59,096 bases of DNA from a virus (Duplodnaviria > Caudoviricetes): the IMG/VR virus record IMGVR_UViG_3300021185_003222, positions 1 through 59,096 of that record; one strand, given 5' to 3'. How positions within the stretch are numbered: the stretch's first letter is position 1; every line of letters begins with the position of its first letter. Positions 27,725 through 37,495 of this stretch are shown piece by piece. Below the pieces are notes generated by a model. It saw nothing but the letters and a program-made list of their open reading frames with translations. It was not told the DNA's origin and ran no database searches. Made by a program: the position numbers and the translations under genes.

Positions 27725-30139
27725 TTATCTAGGCATAAACTGCTCTAGACCAAACCCACCCATATTGTCGTTACCAGCGGATTCAAAGTTCTTTGGTAAT
27801 AAATCATTTTTTCTTTGATCTATTAACTCAGACTGTTGTGTTGCTTGTATTTTAGTTCGTTCGTCTTTACGATCCTCAATTTCTTTTACTTTATCTTTTT
27901 CTTGACCTTGCTTTGTCTGAGCTAATTGTATGTTATATTGGAACTCCTGCTCCATTAATTTCATTTTTAACTGAGACTCTTCTCTCATTTTAGCTGTAGC
28001 AAATTCAGATTTCATTTTTTCTAATTGTATACTTTGCTCAGTTAGCACTTGTTGTTTTTGAGTTTCAGCCAATGCTGTTTGCTCTGCTAGCTGTGCGTTT
28101 GCTTGTGCTTGTGCTTGTATGTTAGCTTGTTGAGCTTGTTGATCTCTATTAGACTTCTGCTTTCTTTTAAGCTTTAACATTTGATTAGCAAGCTTTAAAT
28201 TTCTTACTTGCCTAATGTCTATTGCATCTTCTAAGTCTATTCCACCACTCTGTAATGCTACTTGAATATTTTGTTCTAGTTGAGCTTTTTCCTCTTCGTC
28301 TGGTTCTAGCTCTAAATATATACCAAAGTCTCTTAAATGTAAAGAATCAATATCAGCTAGCGTACCCACATTATAGCTACTTATACTATACTTTAAACTT
28401 TCATTTGTTAATGAAAACCTTAAACTATCAGCTGCTCTTAAAGCTATGTTTTCACAAGATCTAAGTGTTAAATATAAACTGGAATTTAATATGTGTCTTG
28501 TAGCTATGTTTGAGTTTTGAGCTGCAAGTTTTTGAAGACCAACTAGTGACTGCTTGTCAGGAACAGAAGCATCTCTTGCTTCGTTTAAGCCCGTCACGTC
28601 TCTTATCATTTGTAAGTAATATTGGTAAGTTTGTATTAATGCATTTATTTTACCCATACCATTTGAGGTAGAAAGTTCTTGTATTGGAACTTTACCTGGG
28701 TTCATGCTACCATCTTGGGTCATTGATCTACCAACTATACTACCAGTTTGAAAATACATATTTAAAGCTTCAGCTGGGTTATAACTAGTGCCATTACCTA
28801 AATCAACTTCTGCTAGTCCATCTACGTCCATATAAACACCATCTGGAACCATTCTAGATAAAACTTGTTGTAGTTTTAAATGTGTTATTTGAACCATGTC
28901 TGCAAAACCAGTAACTCTACTAACTGTAGATTCAATCCTGCCTTTATACATTTTAGGAGCAACAATGCTGTAGTTCATATTAACTTTTACAGTATTTGAA
29001 AAGGGTCTAGTCATATTTTCAGACATTTGCCAGTTCAACATTTTATCGTGTCCAAGTATTTTAGCACCACTATATAAAACCTCTATTGATCTAAAAGCTT
29101 TTTCAAAAGATTCGTTTTCAGGTGGATTAAAATCATCTCCTTTTTCTAGTGATTTCTCAAGACCTTGCGCTGTTTGTTTTATTTTAAAAACTTGATTAGT
29201 ATAAGTTTTGTATTCAAAATATAAAATTTGAACAGTATCATCACTAGTTCTATCGCTATGATTTCTTCCATAACTATTAGATGGATACTTCTGTATTTCT
29301 TCAAGTTCTTGACCAGTCAAGTAAGGAAATTGCTTTTTTAACTCTGGTAAAGTAACAGATTTTACTTCTCCAACGTAGTATAAGTCTTCAAAATTAGGGT
29401 CATCAGTATAAGAATAAACTAAATTAGTAGGATCAACGTACTCAACTTTTATACCTTCCGATCTATTAAAACTTGTCTTAACAGCAGCGATACCAAGTAT
29501 TGTTAAATCTTCAACTATTCTTTTCTTTGTTAATTTATATTTGTTTCTAGTTAAAGTATTGTTTATTAACTCTTCTTCTGCTATTTCTATAGATTCTTTA
29601 TAATCTAACTGCATATGTAGATCAAGTTCTTGTTGATTCTCTGGAAGTGCTTCTGGCTTGTCAGTATTAAAAACATCTATATTAGCAGTTTGCTTAAGTT
29701 TCATTAACAGTTCTTTAGCCTGCATATCTCTTAGTAATTTTTCAGCGTATCCAGTTCTTTTTCTAAGTGAAGCCGGGTCTTGAGCATAAGCTTTTATTTC
29801 ATAATCTTTAGAAGATATGCCATTTACTAATATGTCTACAAATTTTGGTATTATTGGAATAGGTTTCCAGTCTAAATTTAAATAAGATAAATCACCATTG
29901 ATAGATAGTTCGTCTTTATACTTCTGTATTGACTGTTCTCCTCTAGCGTATAATCTAAGTCTATGAAAGTTATTATAATTAGTTCTAAACCTATCGTTCA
30001 TTCCAACGCCAGAGTCTACTCTAAACCATTCTCCTTCTATAGCTCTAGCTACTCTTAGGCCATAGTCCATACTATTTTTCTCCTCGTTACTAACGACTTG
30101 ACTAGGAAATGAACTGTTGAAATTTGTGTTTATCTGCAT
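27725..30139 (-). CDS. Portal protein
   Basis: 804 aa immediately after terminase; LDWKPIPIIPKFVDI, RDVTGLNEARD, Q-rich C-terminal coiled coil (podovirus portal barrel). Confidence 0.85.
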   Translation of the reverse strand: MQINTNFNSSFPSQVVSNEEKNSMDYGLRVARAIEGEWFRVDSGVGMNDRFRTNYNNFHRLRLYARGEQSIQKYKDELSINGDLSYLNLDWKPIPIIPKFVDILVNGISSKDYEIKAYAQDPASLRKRTGYAEKLLRDMQAKELLMKLKQTANIDVFNTDKPEALPENQQELDLHMQLDYKESIEIAEEELINNTLTRNKYKLTKKRIVEDLTILGIAAVKTSFNRSEGIKVEYVDPTNLVYSYTDDPNFEDLYYVGEVKSVTLPELKKQFPYLTGQELEEIQKYPSNSYGRNHSDRTSDDTVQILYFEYKTYTNQVFKIKQTAQGLEKSLEKGDDFNPPENESFEKAFRSIEVLYSGAKILGHDKMLNWQMSENMTRPFSNTVKVNMNYSIVAPKMYKGRIESTVSRVTGFADMVQITHLKLQQVLSRMVPDGVYMDVDGLAEVDLGNGTSYNPAEALNMYFQTGSIVGRSMTQDGSMNPGKVPIQELSTSNGMGKINALIQTYQYYLQMIRDVTGLNEARDASVPDKQSLVGLQKLAAQNSNIATRHILNSSLYLTLRSCENIALRAADSLRFSLTNESLKYSISSYNVGTLADIDSLHLRDFGIYLELEPDEEEKAQLEQNIQVALQSGGIDLEDAIDIRQVRNLKLANQMLKLKRKQKSNRDQQAQQANIQAQAQANAQLAEQTALAETQKQQVLTEQSIQLEKMKSEFATAKMREESQLKMKLMEQEFQYNIQLAQTKQGQEKDKVKEIEDRKDERTKIQATQQSELIDQRKNDLLPKNFESAGNDNMGGFGLEQFMPR

Positions 30140-32356
30140 TTATATTATTTTTGAATAATAACCGTCATTGTCATATCTTTTTATACCTAAATTGATAGAC
30201 TTTTTAGTTCTCTTATTGACTGGTGTATACTTATTTTTATTACAAGCCATAATGGCTAAACCAGAACTTATTGAAGCATCATGCTTTGTTCTATTGTTTA
30301 TGTCAAACATAGCCCAATCTTCTAAAGTTTTTTGGAAATACATATCGCCGTGTAAATCCTCTCTTAAGCCAACATGCTCTTCTATGTAAGCTTCAATAGC
30401 TGCGGCATGTGCTTGTTTAATATCTTGACTAGTGTTAGGAATTCCACCTATTTCTTTTTCAGTTGTGGAAAGCTTGTTCCAAACTTTATCAGGTCTGTTA
30501 ATACTAAAACCTCTGTAACCTCTTCTTTTTAAGTAATACAATAAACGAGGTTTGTTGTTTTCACAAAGTATTGGCATGCTATAAAAGTGTAAAGCCATTA
30601 AAACATCTTCAAAAAACATTTCAGCTGTTTGTGGCCTAGCTATATATTCTAAAAAAAAGTGATTAGCTGGAGCTTCTTCCATACTAAACTTTGTTAATCC
30701 ATGAAGTGCTCCTTTACTTCCGCGACCGTCAACAGTACCGCTAATATCATAAGAGTCACAACCAAAAGCTCCAATGTGTTCGCTGCCTGGATATTTAATT
30801 CCATTTTTAATAATAATTTTATTTTGCAAATTTAAATCAGGCACCCAAGAAACCAAAAACCTACCATTTTTATTTGGATTAAATACAACTTTTTCATCTT
30901 GTATAGCCCAAGAAAAACTACCTTTAGTGACGTTCATTGTGTTGTCAAACTCTTGGTTATAATCTATTTGCTGATAAATTTTTGTTAAGTTGAATAAGCT
31001 ATTTTTAGTTTCGTCTCTAAAAGCATGTTGTTCAGTTCTTGGAAACTGTCTATAGTATTCGTTTAAACTGTCTTGATCTTCTTTAAGTCCGTCAACTTCA
31101 TTTTCCCAGTGTTCAATAACTCCTGTTGTAATGTCGTAGCCATCAACTCCTTTGACTGGAGTTTTGCTTCTAACGAATACAGGTAATCCATAAGTATCGA
31201 TGAATCCTTCGTAGTTCCACTCCATAGGAATGAACAGGCTATAGAGCCCAGAAGATGTTTGTCCGTTTCTATTTCTTTTAGCAACGTCAGAAGCGTAGTA
31301 TAATTTTTTGAAGTTGTCTCCACCTTTGTCTAAAGCGTTTGAGGTTGATCCCATCATACATTTTCCTACTATTCTTTTACCTAGCCTTAATGTAGTTTTT
31401 GTAACCCTCCAGTTGTTTAATATATTATCAGGTCTTTCCCATTTACCACTTTCATCATGAGCTAATAATTTTAGCTTTTCACCATCATAAGAGTTGTCAC
31501 CTGTATTTTTCCAGTCAATAGTTGTATCAAGTCCATCTAGTTCTCTAAGCTGCTCATTTGATTCAAGCTTTCTTCTAGTAAGCTTTGATGCCGGAACACG
31601 ATATGCCAGTTCCGTTTTCGGCCTATCCATACCGTCTTGAATCGGTTTAAAGAAGAACGGGTAGTTAACTGATATGGGTACAACTTTATCCGTGAACATT
31701 TTTTTGGCATCTGCACCAGACTTGGAAAGTATTCCAAACCTAGCATCGGAAGATATTGTAGCTTGGTTGACAAGTTCTGCGCTTGACATAAAAGAGAATC
31801 CAGATCGTCTGTTTTTGAGGTAGCACATACCATAACACCTAACATCTGCTTTACATGCTTCCCAGAATATAAAGAAGAGCCTGTTTGATTCTCTAAAATC
31901 CGGTGCTCCAATATCGATTTTTGACCATTGGAGGTACATGTAATGAGTACCAGTAATGTAAGTAGCCAAGCCGTTATTGTAAAACCAATAACCATTTTCT
32001 CTTCTTTTGAATTCTTCGTCGATATAGTCATACCATTTTTCTTTAAAATCTGATGGGTATTCCTCCCAATCAAATCTACTTTTAATTTTACTTAATTCTT
32101 TTGGATACTCTTTTTTTTCCCAGTGTTGTTCAGCTTTTTTTTCGCTTCGTTTAAACGGTTCATCTGCTGTTGGTAGAGCAATGCGGAGACCTTGTATTTC
32201 AATGATTTGTCCAATTTTTCCAGTTTTACTTATTACTATAAAATCATAATCAGAGTTATAACCATACTCCCACTTTTTATATCTGTTGTTCTTAGCTAAT
32301 ATCTTAGGATTTACAACGTCCTCAATCTCTTTACAAAGAGTTTGATAATAACTCAC
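30140..32356 (-). CDS. terL: Terminase large subunit
   Basis: LKNRRSGFS (Walker A-like), LLAHDESGKW (Walker B), MGST coupling motif, FGCDSYD nuclease motif. Confidence 0.9.
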   Translation of the reverse strand: MSYYQTLCKEIEDVVNPKILAKNNRYKKWEYGYNSDYDFIVISKTGKIGQIIEIQGLRIALPTADEPFKRSEKKAEQHWEKKEYPKELSKIKSRFDWEEYPSDFKEKWYDYIDEEFKRRENGYWFYNNGLATYITGTHYMYLQWSKIDIGAPDFRESNRLFFIFWEACKADVRCYGMCYLKNRRSGFSFMSSAELVNQATISSDARFGILSKSGADAKKMFTDKVVPISVNYPFFFKPIQDGMDRPKTELAYRVPASKLTRRKLESNEQLRELDGLDTTIDWKNTGDNSYDGEKLKLLAHDESGKWERPDNILNNWRVTKTTLRLGKRIVGKCMMGSTSNALDKGGDNFKKLYYASDVAKRNRNGQTSSGLYSLFIPMEWNYEGFIDTYGLPVFVRSKTPVKGVDGYDITTGVIEHWENEVDGLKEDQDSLNEYYRQFPRTEQHAFRDETKNSLFNLTKIYQQIDYNQEFDNTMNVTKGSFSWAIQDEKVVFNPNKNGRFLVSWVPDLNLQNKIIIKNGIKYPGSEHIGAFGCDSYDISGTVDGRGSKGALHGLTKFSMEEAPANHFFLEYIARPQTAEMFFEDVLMALHFYSMPILCENNKPRLLYYLKRRGYRGFSINRPDKVWNKLSTTEKEIGGIPNTSQDIKQAHAAAIEAYIEEHVGLREDLHGDMYFQKTLEDWAMFDINNRTKHDASISSGLAIMACNKNKYTPVNKRTKKSINLGIKRYDNDGYYSKII

Positions 32357-32628
32357 TTACTTCTCCCTTCTGCAAAACCTCTAAAAGTTTTTTGTTCTTT
32401 AACTTCTTTAGGCTTTTCATTTAACATATCTTCCTCTTCTTGTATTCTATTTAATATCTCAAAAGCATCAAATATGGCTAGCTTTTTAGTGGCGGCAGCA
32501 TTTTTTAATCTATCAGCGCTTACATCATCGTCTGAGTCTACAATCTTTTCTTTTGCTACCTTGATAAGTTCCTCAACTGCTTTTTGCCCAGCTAGGATTA
32601 TTTTCTTTTTCGTTTCCTTGGTATTCAT
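32353..32628 (-). CDS. Terminase small subunit (putative)
   Basis: 91-aa helical protein whose stop overlaps the terL start. Confidence 0.6.
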   Translation of the reverse strand: MNTKETKKKIILAGQKAVEELIKVAKEKIVDSDDDVSADRLKNAAATKKLAIFDAFEILNRIQEEEDMLNEKPKEVKEQKTFRGFAEGRSK

Positions 32629-33166
32629 GAGTTAAAGCTATATCATTTGATTTCATACAATAAAGTCGTTCACCTTCTATAATAAACTCAAACTCAGAGT
32701 TAGGTGTAAACGTAATAAGTGTTTCAGGTGTTACTCCTAGAGCTTCTAAGAACTTGTTAGAATATTTCACTATTCCTACATTAGGTTGTTCTTTTCTGTT
32801 CTCTAATGAGTTTTGGTTTTCAATTGGTTTTACAAAACAATAATCTAAGTGAGGCTTCAAATTGTACATGTATATTTGATCTGGTGAAGCAAAGTATAAA
32901 TCATCTTTAAAATACATTGACGAGTTTTGCTCTTCACCTTTCATATTGTACCACCTTCTAAATATATTATGATGCACATATACGTTATCACCAACTTTTA
33001 TTTTTGAAGCATAAGCTGCTGGAGTCGAAACAACAACAGCTTTTTTGCTAATAAAAATGTGGTTTTCAATACTTGTGTTAACTATGAGTTGTTTACCTTT
33101 AATCTCTTTAATATTTTCATATCTATCTTTTAAAGGTTTAATTATAAAGTTATATAAACTTTTCAT
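32573..33166 (-). CDS. Tandem GroES-like (double Cpn10 fold) protein
   Basis: Two repeats: FIIKP...KAVVVSTP...IKVGDNVYV and DYCFVKP...GIVKYS...GVTPETLITF...EFIIEGERLYCMKSNDI, echoing the GroES pattern. Confidence 0.55.
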   Translation of the reverse strand: MKSLYNFIIKPLKDRYENIKEIKGKQLIVNTSIENHIFISKKAVVVSTPAAYASKIKVGDNVYVHHNIFRRWYNMKGEEQNSSMYFKDDLYFASPDQIYMYNLKPHLDYCFVKPIENQNSLENRKEQPNVGIVKYSNKFLEALGVTPETLITFTPNSEFEFIIEGERLYCMKSNDIALTHEYQGNEKENNPSWAKSS

Positions 33167-33405
33167 TAATACTTTAAATCGAACTCAACAGATACAGCCA
33201 TATTTTTATTAAATTTTTTCCAAGGTAAAACCTCGTCATTTTTTTGAATAAAAATATTATAAGACTGATCTTCATCTACAAATATAATATCAATAATAGT
33301 ATGCCCGCCATAAACCTCTTGACCAACAGAATAATGCATTGCGTCATTCTTGTAGTCAGAACCTATGCTTATTTTTCTTATTTTATTTTGCATCACTTGA
33401 TTCAA
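33166..33405 (-). CDS. Conserved hypothetical protein
   Basis: 79-aa ORF (IRKISIGSDYKNDAMHYSVGQ), coupled to the next gene. Confidence 0.65.
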   Translation of the reverse strand: MNQVMQNKIRKISIGSDYKNDAMHYSVGQEVYGGHTIIDIIFVDEDQSYNIFIQKNDEVLPWKKFNKNMAVSVEFDLKY

Positions 33406-33631
33406 TAGCTTTTATTGATCCAGTTTGCAAGTCTATATTTACAGATCCGTACTTCTTTTCTAATTCTGATTTTAATGCTTCCATTTTACCATTTTCAGAC
33501 TCTATGTTTTTAGAAATTATATATTTAGAAAAATCTAATTTACCAATTTCATTCAACATCTTAGATAAACTGTCTTGAAGTTCTTTAATGCTTTCTAGTT
33601 CTTTTTTTGTTACTTTTTTTGCTTTTGCCAT
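33383..33631 (-). CDS. Small coiled-coil protein
   Basis: 82 aa ending LEKKYGSVNIDLQTG; first gene after a motif-bearing intergenic gap. Confidence 0.65.
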   Translation of the reverse strand: MAKAKKVTKKELESIKELQDSLSKMLNEIGKLDFSKYIISKNIESENGKMEALKSELEKKYGSVNIDLQTGSIKAIESSDAK

Positions 33632-33677
33632 TGTATTTAATTTAATATAATTTAATTGTTATTGTTGTACTTATATA

Positions 33678-33702
33678 ATTACTTATATAAACACTTATTT
33701 AC
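33678..33702 (-). promoter_or_regulatory. Putative late promoter
   Basis: GTAAATAAGTGTTTATATAAGTAAT; GTA-N17-GTRAT spacing identical to two other intergenic sites. Confidence 0.5.
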
Positions 33703-33714
33703 TTTATTTTGTAG

Positions 33715-35181
33715 TTATGATGAGTATTCTATAAACCATTTATACTTGTAAACTTTTGTTTTAGCATTAGCGCTTGGAAACATACCAAATGTTGTAAACG
33801 CTTGAGAATTCATTGTTTCATTATTTCCAGCTATTGGATTTGCCACTGCTTGATTTCCCAATATTCTCCATAAAGGGTAACCATAAGACGCTTCTTCCAT
33901 GTATAATGTTCCTATGTCTCCAACCTCTCCTGTGTAAGCTGGACCGACGGTTATTTCCTGAACGTAATTTCCAGGACTAGCTTGAGTACCACTAAACTGA
34001 GCTGTAAATCTTTGACCACTACTTGTACCTTGTATACTACTGCTATTTAATAGACCATATCCTTGCATCCAAGCTCCTTGAATGCTTCCTGTTGCAATGT
34101 CAGCCCACCTAATGTTAGTATAACATTTAAATTTTACCGCAGTAGCAGAAAAGTTATACGTGTTCCATGTTCCTGTAGTTGTTATACCGTTTGAATAACC
34201 AAGACCAGCGCTTGCAAAGTTAGATCCCCCTTGGCCAGCATTAAAGTCATCTGAAGCAGCTCCTTGAGTATGGCTTATACTCATTTCTTGATATTCAATT
34301 TGATTTGTAGCTGGTGGACTCCATACCCAAGCACCTGGTGTAGGATTTTCAACACAGTAAAATGTATAAGACTTACCATCGTTAGGTATTGAAGCTTGTC
34401 CATCAACAACATAATTAATCTTTCCGCCAGTGGTAGAAGGAAAAACTGAAATAGGCATTAAAGAGTTATTAATAAAAGTAACTTGCTGACCAGTTACTGG
34501 GTCAGGAAGTCTTGTGGCAAGATTAGCTGTTGCAGCAGTTGTTATAACGTTAACACCATATGAAGCTCTAGAAGTAGAAGAAGCAGTAGTACCTTCAAGT
34601 GTTAAAGCTGTTACAGCCTCTCCCATTACTCCCCACTCAACGTTACCTTCAACGTCTTTTGCTTTTAAAAAGCTACCTTTAACAGGTGCTGTCGCAGCTC
34701 CAATACTATGTAAATCTATTTGAATCTCTTTTTTTGATCTAAGTCTTACAGCAGCTGCAGCCCCACCGCCGTTTGAAGATATTAATATAGAACCTTCATT
34801 ACCAGAGTTAACATTAGTTTTTAATTCTATAGAACTTGGTTTACTTGCTCCATTTCCATAACTATAAGTTCCATCAATGGTAACTCCACTTGCTTTAAAT
34901 GTTGCCAAAGATTTACCTTCTATCAGCATGTTGGTATAATACGTTTTAATACCGCTTGATGTTAGCTCCGTTCTATGAACGCTATCTGTAGGTGATCCAG
35001 TTGATGGTATATCACCGCTAGTATTGTAAACAACAAGATTCTTAGAGCTGTTTAAAGGATCTCCAGTTATTTTAACGGTGTTAAATACGTTTGGAGTTCC
35101 TGACTCTACATAGCCAACAAGCCCTTTAACATTACCTAAATCTAATTCAGTTGTTAAATCTGATATTCTTACGTCTGCCAT
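33715..35181 (-). CDS. Fibre/spike protein (possibly head fibre)
   Basis: G/S/T-rich beta protein, N-terminus MADVRISDL typical of fibre attachment ends. Confidence 0.6.
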   Translation of the reverse strand: MADVRISDLTTELDLGNVKGLVGYVESGTPNVFNTVKITGDPLNSSKNLVVYNTSGDIPSTGSPTDSVHRTELTSSGIKTYYTNMLIEGKSLATFKASGVTIDGTYSYGNGASKPSSIELKTNVNSGNEGSILISSNGGGAAAAVRLRSKKEIQIDLHSIGAATAPVKGSFLKAKDVEGNVEWGVMGEAVTALTLEGTTASSTSRASYGVNVITTAATANLATRLPDPVTGQQVTFINNSLMPISVFPSTTGGKINYVVDGQASIPNDGKSYTFYCVENPTPGAWVWSPPATNQIEYQEMSISHTQGAASDDFNAGQGGSNFASAGLGYSNGITTTGTWNTYNFSATAVKFKCYTNIRWADIATGSIQGAWMQGYGLLNSSSIQGTSSGQRFTAQFSGTQASPGNYVQEITVGPAYTGEVGDIGTLYMEEASYGYPLWRILGNQAVANPIAGNNETMNSQAFTTFGMFPSANAKTKVYKYKWFIEYSS

Positions 35182-35202
35182 AATTTCTTTTAATTTTTTA
35201 TT

Positions 35203-35361
35203 TTAAACTGGGTTTGGAGCTTCTGCTCTCTCTAATAATGCATCATAAGGGTAAGCAAATTTAAGTCTTCTGCCATCCTCGTGTAATAAGTAATACGTTT
35301 CATTTTGATTAGTATTTCTATCTCCTTGATGAGGAATTGTATAACCTATACCTAACCACAT
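35203..35361 (-). CDS. Short adaptor-like protein (52 aa)
   Basis: Read manually: MWLGIGYTIPHQGDRNTNQNETYYLLHEDGRRLKFAYPYDALLERAEAPNPV; fills the gap between neighbours. Confidence 0.6.
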   Translation of the reverse strand: MWLGIGYTIPHQGDRNTNQNETYYLLHEDGRRLKFAYPYDALLERAEAPNPV

Positions 35362-35362
35362 A

Positions 35363-35674
35363 TTAATAAAGTGCTACTAGTTCTCCTTCTGCCAATTGAC
35401 CGCCAACGCTTTTTACAGCCCTAACTAGTATTGGTATAAATTGTCCAGCTTTTAAGTTTTTGAAAATGCAATCACTGCCTGTTTCCATTGTTACACTTAA
35501 TGTTGCTATGTCTTTACCTACATACAAACACACGCCGTTTCCAGAAACTTCAACTCCTGGTATTACATCACCAAAAACGTAATTAGCAGTTGCGCCTGAA
35601 GTTATTAAAGATAATGCGTCATGAGCAAATACTCTTGGGTTGCTTTGGAAATTTCCTGTTACTCCTCTTGCCAT
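35363..35674 (-). CDS. Head-spike base protein-like (RcGTA Rcc01079-like)
   Basis: LYVG...LSVTM..G...F.NL.AG.FIPI.V..V...VAL pattern recalled from capsid vertex spike bases. Confidence 0.5.
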   Translation of the reverse strand: MARGVTGNFQSNPRVFAHDALSLITSGATANYVFGDVIPGVEVSGNGVCLYVGKDIATLSVTMETGSDCIFKNLKAGQFIPILVRAVKSVGGQLAEGELVALY

Positions 35675-35676
35675 TT

Positions 35677-36126
35677 TTATTTATTTATTTTTGTTATTTT
35701 TTCAGCACCACGACTTCCGAAGTATGCTACATATACTGTTACCAGTAAAGTTTTTAATAAGTTTATCCATGATTCATCTACGTCAAACTGTAAGTGAAAT
35801 GAATCTACAGCCATCATGAAAACTGCAGATACTGTTAAAAATACTAAAGCTAAAGGTCTAGTGTTTTTACTAAGCCATGAGTCACTTTTCATATCGCTTC
35901 TCCACCTGCTAGACACTTCTTTCATTTCAGCTATATCTTGTTCTATAAGCTTCATAGCATGTTCTTTGTCAACGGCTTTAATCTTAGTATCACTTGATAT
36001 TAAGTTTTTTACCACTCCAAGTGTTCCCTGATTAGGCAGTACATCGCCTAACGCTTGTAATACTTTAGGAGCTTTGCTAGCTAAAAAAGCACCTACTTTA
36101 GTTTCTTTAAATGTTTTCTTTTCCAT
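35677..36126 (-). CDS. Holin-like membrane protein
   Basis: RWRSDM.SDSWLSKNTRP followed by two hydrophobic helices and YFGSRG..K. Confidence 0.65.
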   Translation of the reverse strand: MEKKTFKETKVGAFLASKAPKVLQALGDVLPNQGTLGVVKNLISSDTKIKAVDKEHAMKLIEQDIAEMKEVSSRWRSDMKSDSWLSKNTRPLALVFLTVSAVFMMAVDSFHLQFDVDESWINLLKTLLVTVYVAYFGSRGAEKITKINK

Positions 36127-36329
36127 TACTTTTTATATCTAGAACTTCCACAGTTTCTCAACATAGGGGCTTTGCCTGGTTCTTGTGCGTAAGTAATAGG
36201 CGGTGTTTTTGATTTGTTAGCTATAATAGCATTTTGAAAACCTTTATTCATATCTGTTTCAGGATTCATAGCTTCAGTCTCTAAAGCCGAATTAAAGTTT
36301 ATTCCTGATTTATCTTTATTGTAATTCAT
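36126..36329 (-). CDS. Hypothetical protein
   Basis: 67-aa ORF in the small-gene cluster. Confidence 0.55.
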   Translation of the reverse strand: MNYNKDKSGINFNSALETEAMNPETDMNKGFQNAIIANKSKTPPITYAQEPGKAPMLRNCGSSRYKK

Positions 36330-36339
36330 AATTTATTTT

Positions 36340-36654
36340 TTAAGTAGTTTCGTTTCTGTATGCTTCTGCTTCCCATGGTAGGTTCTTAGCACCTTCTTTC
36401 ATTTCAGATCTAGAATATTCTTTTCCTTTCCATATAACAGCATCGTCAGTATATGTCAAATCTCCTCTATCGATTTGATCTAAATGTATTTTTTCGTGAT
36501 CGCAAACTTTTTTTATTAACTTAGGATCTGTAACCTCACAGTTTAAATTTATACTTCCAGCTTTATTAGCTCTTCCTAATACTTCTTCAGTTTCTTTTGT
36601 TAAGTAAACTGGGGTATTGTCTATTTCGTAAGGTGCTTTTATTTTAAATCCCAT
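36340..36654 (-). CDS. Small zincin-like metallopeptidase
   Basis: HEKIH (HExxH) plus downstream LPWEAEAY third-ligand motif. Confidence 0.65.
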   Translation of the reverse strand: MGFKIKAPYEIDNTPVYLTKETEEVLGRANKAGSINLNCEVTDPKLIKKVCDHEKIHLDQIDRGDLTYTDDAVIWKGKEYSRSEMKEGAKNLPWEAEAYRNETT

Positions 36655-36657
36655 ATA

Positions 36658-36942
36658 TTAACATTTCCACCTACGTCTAGCAGCTTTACCTCTTTCACCG
36701 GTCCAGCCTTTTGATCTAGCGCAAAATGATTTTCTTCTTTTAGCAGCTTTACTACCTGGTTTAACTTTTCCAGTTACAGCCGTCTTAAGCTTGCTGCCTG
36801 GGTTTTTTCTTCTATACTCTTTAACTCCCTTAGAAGTCATTCCAGCACCTTCTTCTTTAGTTCTAAAATTTCTACCTTTACCTTTGGTTGTTTTTCTTAT
36901 TTTACCTTTTTTAGCAAAAGGACTACCTGGTTGAGTATACAT
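36658..36942 (-). CDS. Very basic conserved phage protein
   Basis: K/R/G-rich; NPGSKLKTAVT...RRKSFCARS...RRRWKC. Confidence 0.7.
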   Translation of the reverse strand: MYTQPGSPFAKKGKIRKTTKGKGRNFRTKEEGAGMTSKGVKEYRRKNPGSKLKTAVTGKVKPGSKAAKRRKSFCARSKGWTGERGKAARRRWKC

Positions 36943-36944
36943 TG

Positions 36945-37085
36945 TTATTTTATTTTAACACAGTTGTTAACCATTTTTGGTTTACCACTTTTGGTTTTTT
37001 TACCACTAGGTGATTTCTTCTTGCCTTTAGCCACATATCCAGGCCAACAAGAGTTTTTTGCTCTTTGAAACGGACTTTCATTCAT
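36945..37085 (-). CDS. Small basic protein with CWPGY...NCV motif (46 aa)
   Basis: Read manually: MNESPFQRAKNSCWPGYVAKGKKKSPSGKKTKSGKPKMVNNCVKIK; fills the gap between neighbours. Confidence 0.65.
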   Translation of the reverse strand: MNESPFQRAKNSCWPGYVAKGKKKSPSGKKTKSGKPKMVNNCVKIK

Positions 37086-37087
37086 AA

Positions 37088-37495
37088 TTATAATTTTCTA
37101 CCTTTTTTATCTACTTTAACTTCTTTTACTATAATTCTAGTACTAGGCTTTTTGTTTTGTAATTCTTCTAGTTGTCTATTAAGATCTTCTAATCTAGCAT
37201 CGGCTTCAGTACCATCTTTAATCATGCTAGAAGTTATACTAACCTCTTCTTTTATTATATCTTGAGTTTGTTCAAGCATCTCCACTTGATCTTTTAGCTG
37301 CATAATCATTTTTTCATTCCACTGCTCTTTTAACTCATACTCTAAACGAGTTACCTCTACCGGTGGTAATGTTTTAGCTAAACGTATATCTTCTTGCAAA
37401 GTATAATACATGCCAACTAAAGTAGTTGTTAGCATTATTATTCCAATTACAGTTTTTAAATCTATTTTAAATTCAGTTGATTCAGAGATTTTCAT
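37088..37495 (-). CDS. Membrane-anchored coiled-coil protein (i-spanin-like)
   Basis: Likely start ATG 37495 (MKISES...), one N-terminal TM helix then coiled coil, directly after the endolysin. Confidence 0.5.
   Translation of the reverse strand: MKISESTEFKIDLKTVIGIIMLTTTLVGMYYTLQEDIRLAKTLPPVEVTRLEYELKEQWNEKMIMQLKDQVEMLEQTQDIIKEEVSITSSMIKDGTEADARLEDLNRQLEELQNKKPSTRIIVKEVKVDKKGRKL

Noticed and set aside
31063-32073. Alternative-frame ORFs inside terL (31537..32073, 31063..31323)
   Set aside because: terL is intact with all motifs; no evidence for frameshift, intron or real overprinting.
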